A DNA stretch of 64,000 nucleotides. Origin: Heterodontus francisci. Taxonomy: Eukaryota. The stretch is from positions 72,370,345 to 72,434,344 of the forward strand of contig NC_090392.1 of NCBI RefSeq assembly GCF_036365525.1, given 5' to 3'. Positions 54,480-64,000 of this stretch are shown here, in pieces. A program made the translations under genes and the position numbers. The notes under the pieces were generated by a model. The model did no database searches. It saw nothing but the letters and a program-made list of their open reading frames with translations, and was not told where the DNA came from. Each line of letters starts with the position of its first letter. Within the stretch, counting starts at the first letter, position 1.

Positions 54480-54810
54480 ACTGGATTGTTTACAACAACT
54501 TTACGGTCAGACACAGATAAAATTAACTGCAGTCGTAACTGACTTTTCCATTTAATTAGATGCACTCAGTGTGCACCATCAGACCAACATCAGCTGGTAA
54601 TGTTGTTTCGACATTCAATGTTTGCTAAGCACAAATAACGTAAGGTCAAAAATTTTCATCCTCATCCTAATAAAAACAATAAAAAAACCCAAATCTGTAG
54701 TTTACTGTTCTTTCCCTTATCAGATGGACCAGATAAGAGAAGGTTAATAAATCTCACAGACCTGACCGAAATCAGTCACAACAGGAAGCAACAGGATTAA
54801 ACTCAGGCAG
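54480..54810 (+). promoter_or_regulatory. Putative promoter and non-coding exon 1 of gene 4
   Basis: TGTTTACAACAACTTTAC module, TTCCCTTATCAG...AGATAAG paired GATA (compare gene 1 TTCCCTTATCAG), GTTAATAAA, donor CAG|GTAAGA after 54810. Confidence 0.6.
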
Positions 54811-57606
54811 GTAAGAAGTGTTTCAGAATTAATCAGTGGTGTAAGGAAAATAATTAAATGCAGCACCGTTTTCTTTGGTGGTGACCAGAAAAACAACCTT
54901 GTTCATGTGAGATTTCACATGGGTGTTCTGATGGCTCAATAACTAAATGTCTGGTATTTTAGGAAGACGCACTGACCAGGAAGGTACCAGATTCGATCCC
55001 TGCACTGATGTTAGGGCATTTACAATTGCCCTCAATCTCCCTGCTCTATCGAAGGGGGACATTTCATGCTGGATTACTCTTCCTAATAATTTTCCAATGA
55101 TATGTAGTAGCCCTGCATGCGCGTGGGCGTCTGTTGAGGGCAGTATCAAGTTCGTCAGTGATGCTCCGTGTGGTCGAATAGCCGACTGATGTTCACTGTC
55201 TACTTGAACTGGGGTCACACGGAGGGTGACGAAGGGTAGCCATTGCCCAAGGGATTGTACAGGCCCTGGGGTCAGCACGCTCAGAAGAAGAGGGATAACT
55301 TGGGAAAAGGAGAAACAAAATGTGGTCACCGATTAGAAACTGGAAATTTATATTGAAGAGGTCTATGCTTGTCTTCAATAACAGAAACTAGGCATTAGAT
55401 GCAATGAAAGTAAGGTGAATATTAAACCTTTATCTGCAACAAAGTGCCATGTGATTATTGAATTTACATAAGTAAATACTGAATAAATCAACAAAGGCTT
55501 AAGGAGTCAAGTAACGATTTATCTGTATACATCTTCGTGATAACTGACCAACGAGAGCTTAAAAACTACTGATTGGGCTCTTACATTACAGATTTGAGCA
55601 CCTCCAACAATCATGAAATGAAGCAAATTACTTCAAAATTCTATGTCATAAGATGCAAACAAGCTTATTCATGTGAATCTTAAATTGTTATGTATTGATA
55701 CATACATTTGTCAAAGGTAATGCTTTCTTGTAATATTTTGTTAAGGATTTTTAAAATTATTTATTTTTGGGATGTGAGCATCACTGGCGATGCCAGCATT
55801 TGTACTCTGTCCCTAATTGTCCTTGAGAAGGTGGTGGTGAGACACCTTCTTGAACCACTGCAGTCCCATGTGTAGGAAGACTCACAATGCTGTTGGGAAG
55901 AGAGTCCTGACTTGTGTCTTGTAGATGGTGGAGAGGCTTTAGGGAGTCAGGAGGCGATTTACTCGTTGCAGCATTTCCAGCTGCTCTTGTAACCACAGTA
56001 TTTATCTGGCTGTTCCAGTTAAGTTTCTAAGTTTTTATGTGTTAAGAAAAGAAATTCAGATTTCAGGTTAGTGTAGTATCGAATGGTTGGTCTCTTTCTG
56101 CTTTGTGCATACATGTGCTTAAATCCAACCTCAAGAAGATTCTATCTTGAATTATTGAGCTGGTGCTAATTTTGAAACGCAGAGATTTATCACCCGTTAA
56201 GAACTGAATTGGACTTGCTTCGTACGCATATCGTGCAGGATTCTTCCAGCAATCACAGAGGCAAAATTTTTATACCATAAAGCTGGGTCAAATTGAAACC
56301 GAGGTCCGAGAGCTTAAAGGGCAGGTCATAACCCACTACACTGTACAATCTTGAGACATTGTTGTATTTACAGAACTGAACCACCACAGAAGACTAAATA
56401 GGGAATGTGTTTCAAGGTTCTGTTTTATAAGGGCTAGCACAGCAGTCGTGCATTTATTGTTTGTGACATTCTGAAGAAAAGCATAAAGTTGGTAGCTACT
56501 GTAAATCTATGGTTTGTATTTAATCCTGTTTAGTTACCTGCTTACATACTGCTCAAGTGAATCTGATAATCAGCTTAAATCCTAACATACGCTCTGACAA
56601 GAGTGTGTATCAATTTGCCTAATGAAAGCAGATAAATCTCAAGGCAGCACATAATAGCATGGGAGGAGGCTCATGTGGAGCATAAATTGACATGGACCAG
56701 TTGGGCCAAATGCCTGTTTTTGTGCTGTAACATAGGAAATAAGAGAAGTAGGCCATTCGGTCCCTCGAGCCTGCTCCGCCATTCAACTAGATCATGGCTG
56801 ATCTACCTCAATGCCATTTTCCTGCACTATCCCCATATCCCTTGATGTTTTTAATATGTAGCAATCTATTGATCTCTGACTGGAACATACTCAATGACTG
56901 AGCCTCCACAGCCCTCTGGGGTAGAGAATTCCAAAGATTCACCACCCTCTTCATCACTGTCCAGCAGATTCCTCTTGTATTCCTGACAGTTTGGGAAGGA
57001 TATGAATTATATGAAGATCTTGGTCATTGATAATCCTGCTGTCACTAGAATTTTGAAAAAATCAGAAGTTTTAGGGAGTGAAACACTTCTCCATGATTTT
57101 GTCACACAGTGTTAGTATGAGAAACCCTTCCAGGTTGGTATAACTTGGCCAACTGCAGAGTAAAACTTTAAACCAACCTGTGAACAGTATTCCCTTTAGC
57201 ACCACTCTAAAATTGTCATTGTGACCTCTCTGAAGGAGATTGTCTTTTTTGAACCAATAGATGCCAACTAGAGGTAGTTGTTTAACTCTAGTTTTAGCTC
57301 TCGGCTGCAGCTCGTTGGAAGCTACGAGGAAGACAGTTGAAGACAGGGTTACACAATTAAAATAAGGTCTGTCAACTACCACAGGATCTGGGACATCCTT
57401 GTTGACTTAACATTGTCTATGAAAGGTGTAGGTGGAGTTTCTCCAGGTTGTCCATCATAGGGCTTCAATAACAATTGGATTACACACGCTTCGCTTGTAT
57501 GGTGTTTGTGTTCCATAGTCACCGTTTCATATAATGATTAAGTCATTGAATTCTCAGGAGCTAAAAGCTTACATTGTCTTTGCAGGGGTTTGAGAACCTG
57601 ATCATC

Positions 57607-57649
57607 ATGAAGATATTTGTGGTTACTTTGATGCTGTTTGTGGTGAAAG
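57607..57649 (+). CDS. Apolipoprotein-like gene 4, signal-peptide exon MKIFVVTLMLFVVKG (remaining exons not in window)
   Basis: TTTGCAG acceptor ending at 57585, CATCATG, 43 coding nt, G|GTATGT donor; homologous to genes 2 and 3. Confidence 0.85.
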
Positions 57650-57853
57650 GTATGTCACAAAAACATTTTTTGATGCCAGCTTTGGGTTAGTGGTAGCACT
57701 GTTGCTTGAGTCAGAAGTTTATAGGTTCAAGTCCCACTTTAGAGACTGCAGTTTTCTAATAGTCTTCTGGATAGGGTAATGGAGATGAACACCCTGGAAT
57801 CACTCAAGAGGCAATTAGAATTGGTAATATGGGTGGAATGAGAAGCTTTTTTA

Positions 57854-58095
57854 TGTTGTCTGATGCAACATAAATGAGATTGTGGAATTCAGGTGGCTGA
57901 AGATCTCAAACAGGTTTATTAAACAGCTAACAACTATATGCAGTACCGAGCTATCTAATTGCAGGTATTGCCTCTTGGTGTTGCAGTTACAGAGAAAGAG
58001 ACTGGCACGTAGTTACATGACTACATCTTGGCACTTGGCTCATTAGCATACTAAGATCTTAAAGGTACATTACTCTTACTGGCAATCGCACAACA
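57854..58095 (-). mobile_element. 3' LTR (~242 bp) of the myc-carrying retroelement
   Basis: TGTTGT...ACAACA inverted termini, AATAAA on the minus strand, directly preceded on the minus strand by PPT GGAAAGAAGGGGGA (58096-58109). Confidence 0.85.
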
Positions 58096-58169
58096 TCCCC
58101 CTTCTTTCCAAAGATAAGTCTCGTATGCTAAAAGCAAAATACACTAAATTAGATAACATCAAAAATTAT

Positions 58170-58672
58170 TTACACATGGCTAGAGATTATCAACTTTACA
58201 AATAGAGCCTCAGAAGTCCATAGGTCGTCTTGGTGGTTTGACAACTCTTGCTCAGGGACATTGCGTCTCAACTGTTGCTGTTCCTTCTCAAGTTTCTCCC
58301 TCTCTGCATTCAGTTTCTGTTTCTCTGCCTTCTGCCTACTAACATAGTCTGTTGCTTTTCTCAAGATGATCACTTTTGGGGTCTTGTCATTCTTAGAAAG
58401 TTCCAGCACCTCACCTCAAAGAGCTAACAGACAATGCTTCAACTCATTCCTCCTCTGCCTCGTCAGGCCATTGTGTGTCCTTTGCCTCTCTTCATCCTCT
58501 ATATTGGAAGGCTTGGGGCTCAAGGTCGAGGACTTGTTGGGGAAGAGTACTTGGTCTCATGGAGATACCTGTCCATTCTGGCTCGTTGTGGTGCTGGCGG
58601 TTCTCTATAGAGCAGAAGTGAAGACGCAACATAGTTGTGCTGTTGCTTGGTTTCCAGGCTGCACCATTTGAT
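58170..58672 (-). pseudogene. Retroelement-captured MYC-family C-terminal fragment (Myc box IV, NLS-like segment, bHLH-leucine zipper), with one frameshift and one stop
   Basis: IKWCSLETKQQHNYVASS..PPAPQRARMD / [85 protein letters not shown] versus c-Myc [73 protein letters not shown]. Confidence 0.92.
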
Positions 58673-60911
58673 GCTGGTCGGAGTCTGTGTGCGGATTCCA
58701 GTCCTTGGAGATCTCCCCTTGCCAATGCTCTCATGGATTGTTATGATGTTGAGGCCCTAACATGCTGGTAGTCCTACCATTGCTGGTCTGCTCGTGTCTA
58801 CTATGTAGAATGTTTGTGGTTTCTATGCCAACTTACTATATTTGCATTGCAGTGTTAATGTGCCACTGCACGGGATGGGTGACCCATTATATGCAGATAG
58901 CTTGGCAGTCATCGGTTGTATCATTGATTTCCAACAAATCCAGTATATATCTTTGAGGTGTCAGTCTGGTACAATATTTGCACTAGTGCTGGTGTCAGTC
59001 TTGTCCTTGAGTGTGTGTTTGCCAGCTTTCTTTGGGCACGTAATGGTGATAGTTGTAAAAACTTCCAGTTGCTTGAATTCATCAACATGGTGTGTCAGGT
59101 TCACAATGTGGATTGCTTGCTCGTCTTCTGACTGAGACTTGCTCCGACCTGAGTCTTGTCTCAGGTCTGTTTTGCTGTGGACTTCGTGTATTGGCTTGCA
59201 TGTATGCAAGTCTCTGGCCCTTTCCTTGCTGCTATTGCATCGTTGATGCACCTGTCTTCTGTCGGTTCGTGTGCGACTGTTACTTCTGGCTGCCTTTGGA
59301 GCCAGAATTCCTGCACAGGTGGGCCCAGTGTCCTTTTGCACCACATGTCCTGCACAAGTCTCAAAATGTAGGGCAATTTCGTCATGAGTGGGACCAGCCA
59401 TATTTGCCACACAGCTTGTTTGCTCTTTTCAACCTGGTTATTGTGTCGATACTGTTGGCTGCACCTAGTGCTTGCTGGTGCTGTTGTCCAGCTAGGATAG
59501 CTTCGTATTTCCTGCCATCTTCCAGCAGTGCATCAATGCTGTGACCTTTCTTTTTCCCCAAGAGGTCTTTCTGGAACGCTTCAATGGGTGTTGATGCAAA
59601 ACTGGGTGGGAGGGTGAGTTATAAGGAGGATGCAGAGAGGCTTTAGGGTGATTTGGACAAGTTGAGTGAGTGGGCTAATGCATCGCAGATGCAGTATAAT
59701 GTGGATAAATGTGAGGTTATCCACTTTGGTAGCAAAAACAGGAAGGCAGATTATTATCTGAACAGCTATAAACTGAGAGAGGGGAAAATGCAGCGAGACC
59801 TGGGTGTTCTCGTACACCAGTTGCTGAAGGTAAGCATGCAGGTGCAACAGGCGGTAAAAAAAGCAAATGGTATGTTGGCCTTCATAGCGAGAGGATTTGA
59901 GTACAGGAGCAGGGATATCTTGCTGCAATTTTACAGGGCCTTGGTGGGACCACACCTGGAATATTGTGTACAGTTTTGGTCTCCTTATCAGAGGAAGGAT
60001 GTTCTTGCTATAGATGGAATGCAGCGAAGGTTTACCAGACTGATTCCTGGGATGGTGGGACTGACGTATGAGGAGAGATTGAGTCGGTTAGGATTATATT
60101 CGCTGGAGTTCAGAAGAGTGAGGGGGGATATCATAGAAACCTATAAAATTCTAACAAGACTTGACAGGGTAGATGCAGGAAGGATGTTCCCAATGGTGGG
60201 AGAGTCCAGAACCAGGGGTCATAGTCTAAGGATACGGGGTATACCTTTCAGGACTGAGCTGAGGAGAAATTTCTTCACCCAGAGAGTGGTGAGCCTGTGG
60301 AATTCGCTACCACAGAAAGCAGTTGAGGCCAAAACATTGTATGTTTTCAAGAAGGAGTTAGATATAGCTGTTGGGTCTAAAAGGATCAAAGGGTATGGGG
60401 CGAAAGTGGGAACAGGCTACTGAGTTGGATGATCAGCCATGATCATAATGAATGACAGAGCAGGCTTGAAGGACCGAATGGCCTATTCCTACTCCTATTT
60501 TCTATGTTTCTATGATACAATCATCAGCTCCATTATTCGGCCTGACAGTTCAGCTTCTGAGAAATCACATTTGTTGCCCTTACTGACGAGCTGGTCTATT
60601 GATTCCTGTGGCTGTTGCCTGTAGGACATCAATTCCAGGTGGTGAATTTGAAAATTCACTCTCAATCGGAGCTGATCTTTCAGCACTTTCCATATCTTAG
60701 AGGGGTCTTTCTGGACCTGTTCAGATATTCCAGAGGTATTGATTCTGTACAATCCCTCATTTCCTATTGCTATCACAATTTTTACAGCTTGCTTCTCTGG
60801 TTCTACCGTCACATGGTCTGTGAAGTATAACTGCATTCTTTGTTTGAACAGTTGAAACCCAGATAGGATATCCAAGGCTTTCTAGCTCATGCTGGGAAAA
60901 TTGGAGTCCAT
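58673..60911 (-). mobile_element. Decayed Gypsy-type gag (CCHC zinc knuckle) and aspartic protease of the myc-carrying LTR element, interrupted by a CR1 insertion
   Basis: MDSNFPSM..FQLFKQRMQLYF..RQQPQESIDQ gag; CRTCGAKGHWAHLC knuckle (~59310-59355); KTDTSTSANIVP protease site (DTGASAN-like); LSAYNGSPIPCSGT...VGLPAC*GLNII. Confidence 0.88.
59596..60516 (+). mobile_element. 5'-truncated CR1 LINE nested in the gag of the myc-carrying element
   Basis: 256-aa RT C-terminal ORF 59653-60423, (TTTCTATG) tail; removing it with one TGAT copy restores gag ELMIVS|TPIE. Confidence 0.93.
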
Positions 60912-61549
60912 CTTTCTGCTGTCCTTTCGCTTTAAATCTTGCTTTAAGAACTTGCTTTAAGACTCTTTAAGAAACTTTCTTGGCTGCTTTTATTGACAGC
61001 AGCAGCTTGTCTGTTTGTCTTGTTTCCAGCACTAAGCCTGTTTATTTACACAGCAGTGTCATTTTTTTGTTAGTTTGTTTATACAGCTGTTCAAGAGGCA
61101 ATTCTTTATTCTTGAGTGGTTTTATGAGTTTATTTTAACAGGCTGAGTGAATGAAAAGTCTTGACGGTTGAGTGGTTTTAATGGGTTTCTATTTATAGGT
61201 CTTGCAGGGAGCTGTGTGAGTGAAGGATTCCTGTGCTTTTCACTGTTGGGCAGCTCTAGGAATGGCACGGCCCTGCTTAGCTCAGGAAAGGGATTGGGTC
61301 TTCCCCAAATTTTTGGTTTCTCAGGGAGCCTTTGAGAGACAAAAGAAATCAATCTTTTAAGGACTTCAAGGCTTCTCTCCTTGTTTAAAACGGGAGTTCC
61401 TGTACCGATGGCAGACTGACTCATCTGATCACAGTGATTGATTTGCAGCATGTTGTTCAGGTTTTCTGGTAGGTTTTAAAAAACAGAAGATCAATTGTTT
61501 TTCAATCAAGATGCTTCATCCTCAAATTGTTGCAACAACATCCAATCAA

Positions 61550-64000
61550 GCATTCCATCGTGCATGCGATCACGCACGCGTGTGCACACACACACACACA
61601 GACAGATAGAGAGGGAAAAAAGAAAAGTGACTTTTAGTTGGGGGTGGGGGAGGCTCTTTGAAATCAAGTTGTCGATGGGTGCAGGCCTGAGATGATTGTA
61701 GATTTCTCTGTTGATTGAAGGTTCAGTTAAAGATGGTGAGACATTTCCGGTTCGCTGCTGTCTGATGTAGATGTAGGATTTTACAGCAGGACATGTGCCC
61801 TCTGCCTTACTGGAACGTGAGCTGCTGGATATTGCTTCTCTCTCTCACTCTTTGGCTTTGGACTGTCTTTTTTTAAAATTTAAAGCTTTTACTTCATGCC
61901 TCCTGGTAGGAGATGTTCTGATCTCTTCCTCATGGTGACCGCACAATGGTCCAGGATATGGCTACTTCACACTTTCGTTGTTTCAAAAGAAGACATTTAG
62001 TTCTGGAATGTTTTAGGCTGGGGTGCAATTGACACCTCTTAGCTTTGAAGAGTTGTTCTTTTTGTCAGACAGTTTGAATACACAAAGGCCAGTCCCTGTT
62101 CCTACAACATCCACTTTAGACCATTGTTCACTTTTTAAAATAAAGATTCATTTTTTAAAAGACACAAGTCAGTTTTTAACAATTCTTTAAAGTTAGTCCA
62201 TAGTTTGTATGATCGCGTTCCAGTGTGCGTGCCACCTCCCCCAAAAAGGGAATAACTGAAATTCCTTGGAGTTCATTTTTAGGTTGTTTGTTTTTTCAGT
62301 TTAGAAAGAAAGGGAAAAAGGTAAGAAAGCTTAGGTTCACATCACTGTACACATTCACTCCTCCATCTTACAACGGCTGCAGTTGACATTGTTTGTAGCA
62401 GCCATTTTCAAGTTTAAGTTTTTTCATCATCTTTTCTTTGGATGAGGTACCATTAAAAAATGCATTTCTTTTGGTTACTTGTTGTCAAATGGGTTTGTAG
62501 TTTCCCTCACACCCGTTGTTACTACTATAGGAATGTTAATCTCCAGGGATATGTGATTGTTGGTGAAGCTTGGAGTATGCAAATTTCTGTTCCTGCTTGT
62601 GGCAAGGTTCCCTGTCTGTACAAACTTTAATCCCTTCACTACTGCTTCCATAATACATGACATTAACCATTCAATTTCTGGCACACTGATTGCTCTTATT
62701 TCTGGGGTGATAGTGGGCGATGCATTGGTTTCTAGACCTTGCGAGGCATCTGGGATTTCTTTCTGCCCCTTGTTCTTGCTGAGCTCTGAATCTAATTTGT
62801 TGGGTTTGATTAGTTCTTGATTGGAACCTGATCATGTGATTCTTCAGTGGGTAGATCCACACCGACCTCACTTTTAGTTTTCTTGTGATTTTCACAAGTG
62901 CGGTTCACTTTAGGGTATGTTACCTTCCCTTTTCCTTTTACTTCAGGGATAGGTGTTTCTCTAATCTGCCACATATTCTCTGGAACACCACTACTCACAG
63001 GTGGTTGCCCAACTTCCACTGCACTCCCCTGTGGCACTTCCTCAAGGTGAGGCATCTACCTCACTCTTGGCTTTCCTGTTTGGGAAATTTCCTCATTCCT
63101 ATTTAAATCTTTGAAAAAGGTTTCAGCTAACCATATCTCTGGTGCTTTCCCTTAAACCTTTGTGGCTTTTATCTTAGCTTCTTTAAAACTTTTTGGCGTT
63201 ATCTGGGCCCTTTTAGATTCTTCTGGCTCTATCGCCTGCTGTGGGATTTTTGGGACTTTCCCAGCCCTCTGTCGCTGTACAGAGTTTTGTTTGTTCCACT
63301 CAGTTTCTTCACTCTCTCTGAACTGTTCTGAACTGGTCTACTCCCTGCATGGGCAAGCTCGTAATGATTCTGACTGTCATTACTCCAGTGACCAACTTAC
63401 TCTTCGGGTAAATTCTAAATCAGCGAACCTTCAAACATTTGCCAGTAAGCCTTTTTACTAATACCATGGTATTTGTTCTGTTTTAGATTAGATTAGAGAT
63501 ACAGCACTGAAACAGGCCCTTCGGCCCACCGAGTCTGTGCCGACCATCAACCACCCATTTATACTAATCCTACACTAATCCCATATTCCTACCAAAACAT
63601 CCCCACCTGTCCCTATATTTCCCTACCACCTACCTATACTAGTGCCAATTTATAATGGCCAATTTACCTATCAACCTGCAAGTCTTTTGGCTTGTGGGAG
63701 GAAACCGGAGCACCCGGAGAAAACCCACGCAGACACAGGGAGAACTTGCAAACTCCACACAGGCAGTACCCAGAATCGAACCCGGGTCCCTGGAGCTGTG
63801 AGGCTGCAGTGCTAACCACTGGCATTTCTGTCAGTTTGGCTACCAGTAGGGTTTGAAAACAATCAATATCCCTGAAGATGGTCATCTCCTTGTCTGGTGC
63901 CTGGGACACAAAAGGAGTCATTTTTCTTTTGTGTGAAAAGTTCTGATATGCGCTCTGCTCTTGAGTTATAATAGAACACAGGCTTACCAGTTTCAAAGCC
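61550..64000 (-). mobile_element. Second LTR retroelement: LTR-like segment (~61550-62234), PPT and decayed internal region running out of the window
   Basis: LTR-like segment ending GTGCCA next to CCTCCCCCAAAAAGGG (purine tract on the minus strand); style similar to the 27.7-kb solo LTR. Confidence 0.5.
63485..63820 (-). mobile_element. HE1-type V-SINE
   Basis: Reverse-complement match to the 28018-28335 SINE. Confidence 0.85.

Larger units (their letters stand above)
35416..54883 (+). repeat. Tandem segmental duplication, copy B (contains gene 3 and the gene 4 promoter/exon 1)
   Basis: Colinear with 13501-35413; both copies end in TTCTTTGGTGGTG. Confidence 0.9.

Noticed and set aside
58725-58756. 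LNIITIHE as Myc box IIIb (IDVVTVE)
   Set aside because: It follows VGLPAC directly and fits the usual Gypsy protease C-terminus (GLxACxxLNLI), so it is assigned to the protease
61450-61470. TGTTGT at ~61451 as the 5' LTR of the myc-carrying element
   Set aside because: Sequence beyond the hexamer does not match 57854-58095; the 5' LTR is not visible in this window

Overview
Eukaryotic DNA, very probably from a shark or other cartilaginous fish, judged from its HE1/V-SINE-, DeuSINE- and CR1-type repeats. The window holds a tandem + strand cluster of four exchangeable-apolipoprotein-family genes with the classic layout: non-coding exon 1, 43 coding nt in the signal-peptide exon, then phase-1 and phase-2 introns. 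Gene 1 encodes a 263-aa ApoA-I/A-IV-like protein. Genes 2 and 3 (231 and 213 aa) are divergent apolipoprotein-like paralogs from a ~20-kb tandem duplication (about 13.5-35.4 kb and 35.4-54.9 kb); their mature-protein exons have diverged much more than their introns. Gene 4 shows only exons 1-2. Most of the rest is transposable elements: CR1/L2-type LINEs, an RTE LINE, a Helitron, hAT and Harbinger remnants, LTR elements and SINEs. The most striking item is in gene 4 intron 2 on the minus strand: a decayed Gypsy-type LTR retroelement in which gag-protease continues in frame into a captured MYC-family C-terminus (Myc box IV, NLS-like segment, bHLH-leucine zipper) in place of RT/integrase, followed by a PPT and 3' LTR. 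This layout resembles the gag-myc transducing retroviruses. All alignments and counts were done by eye.
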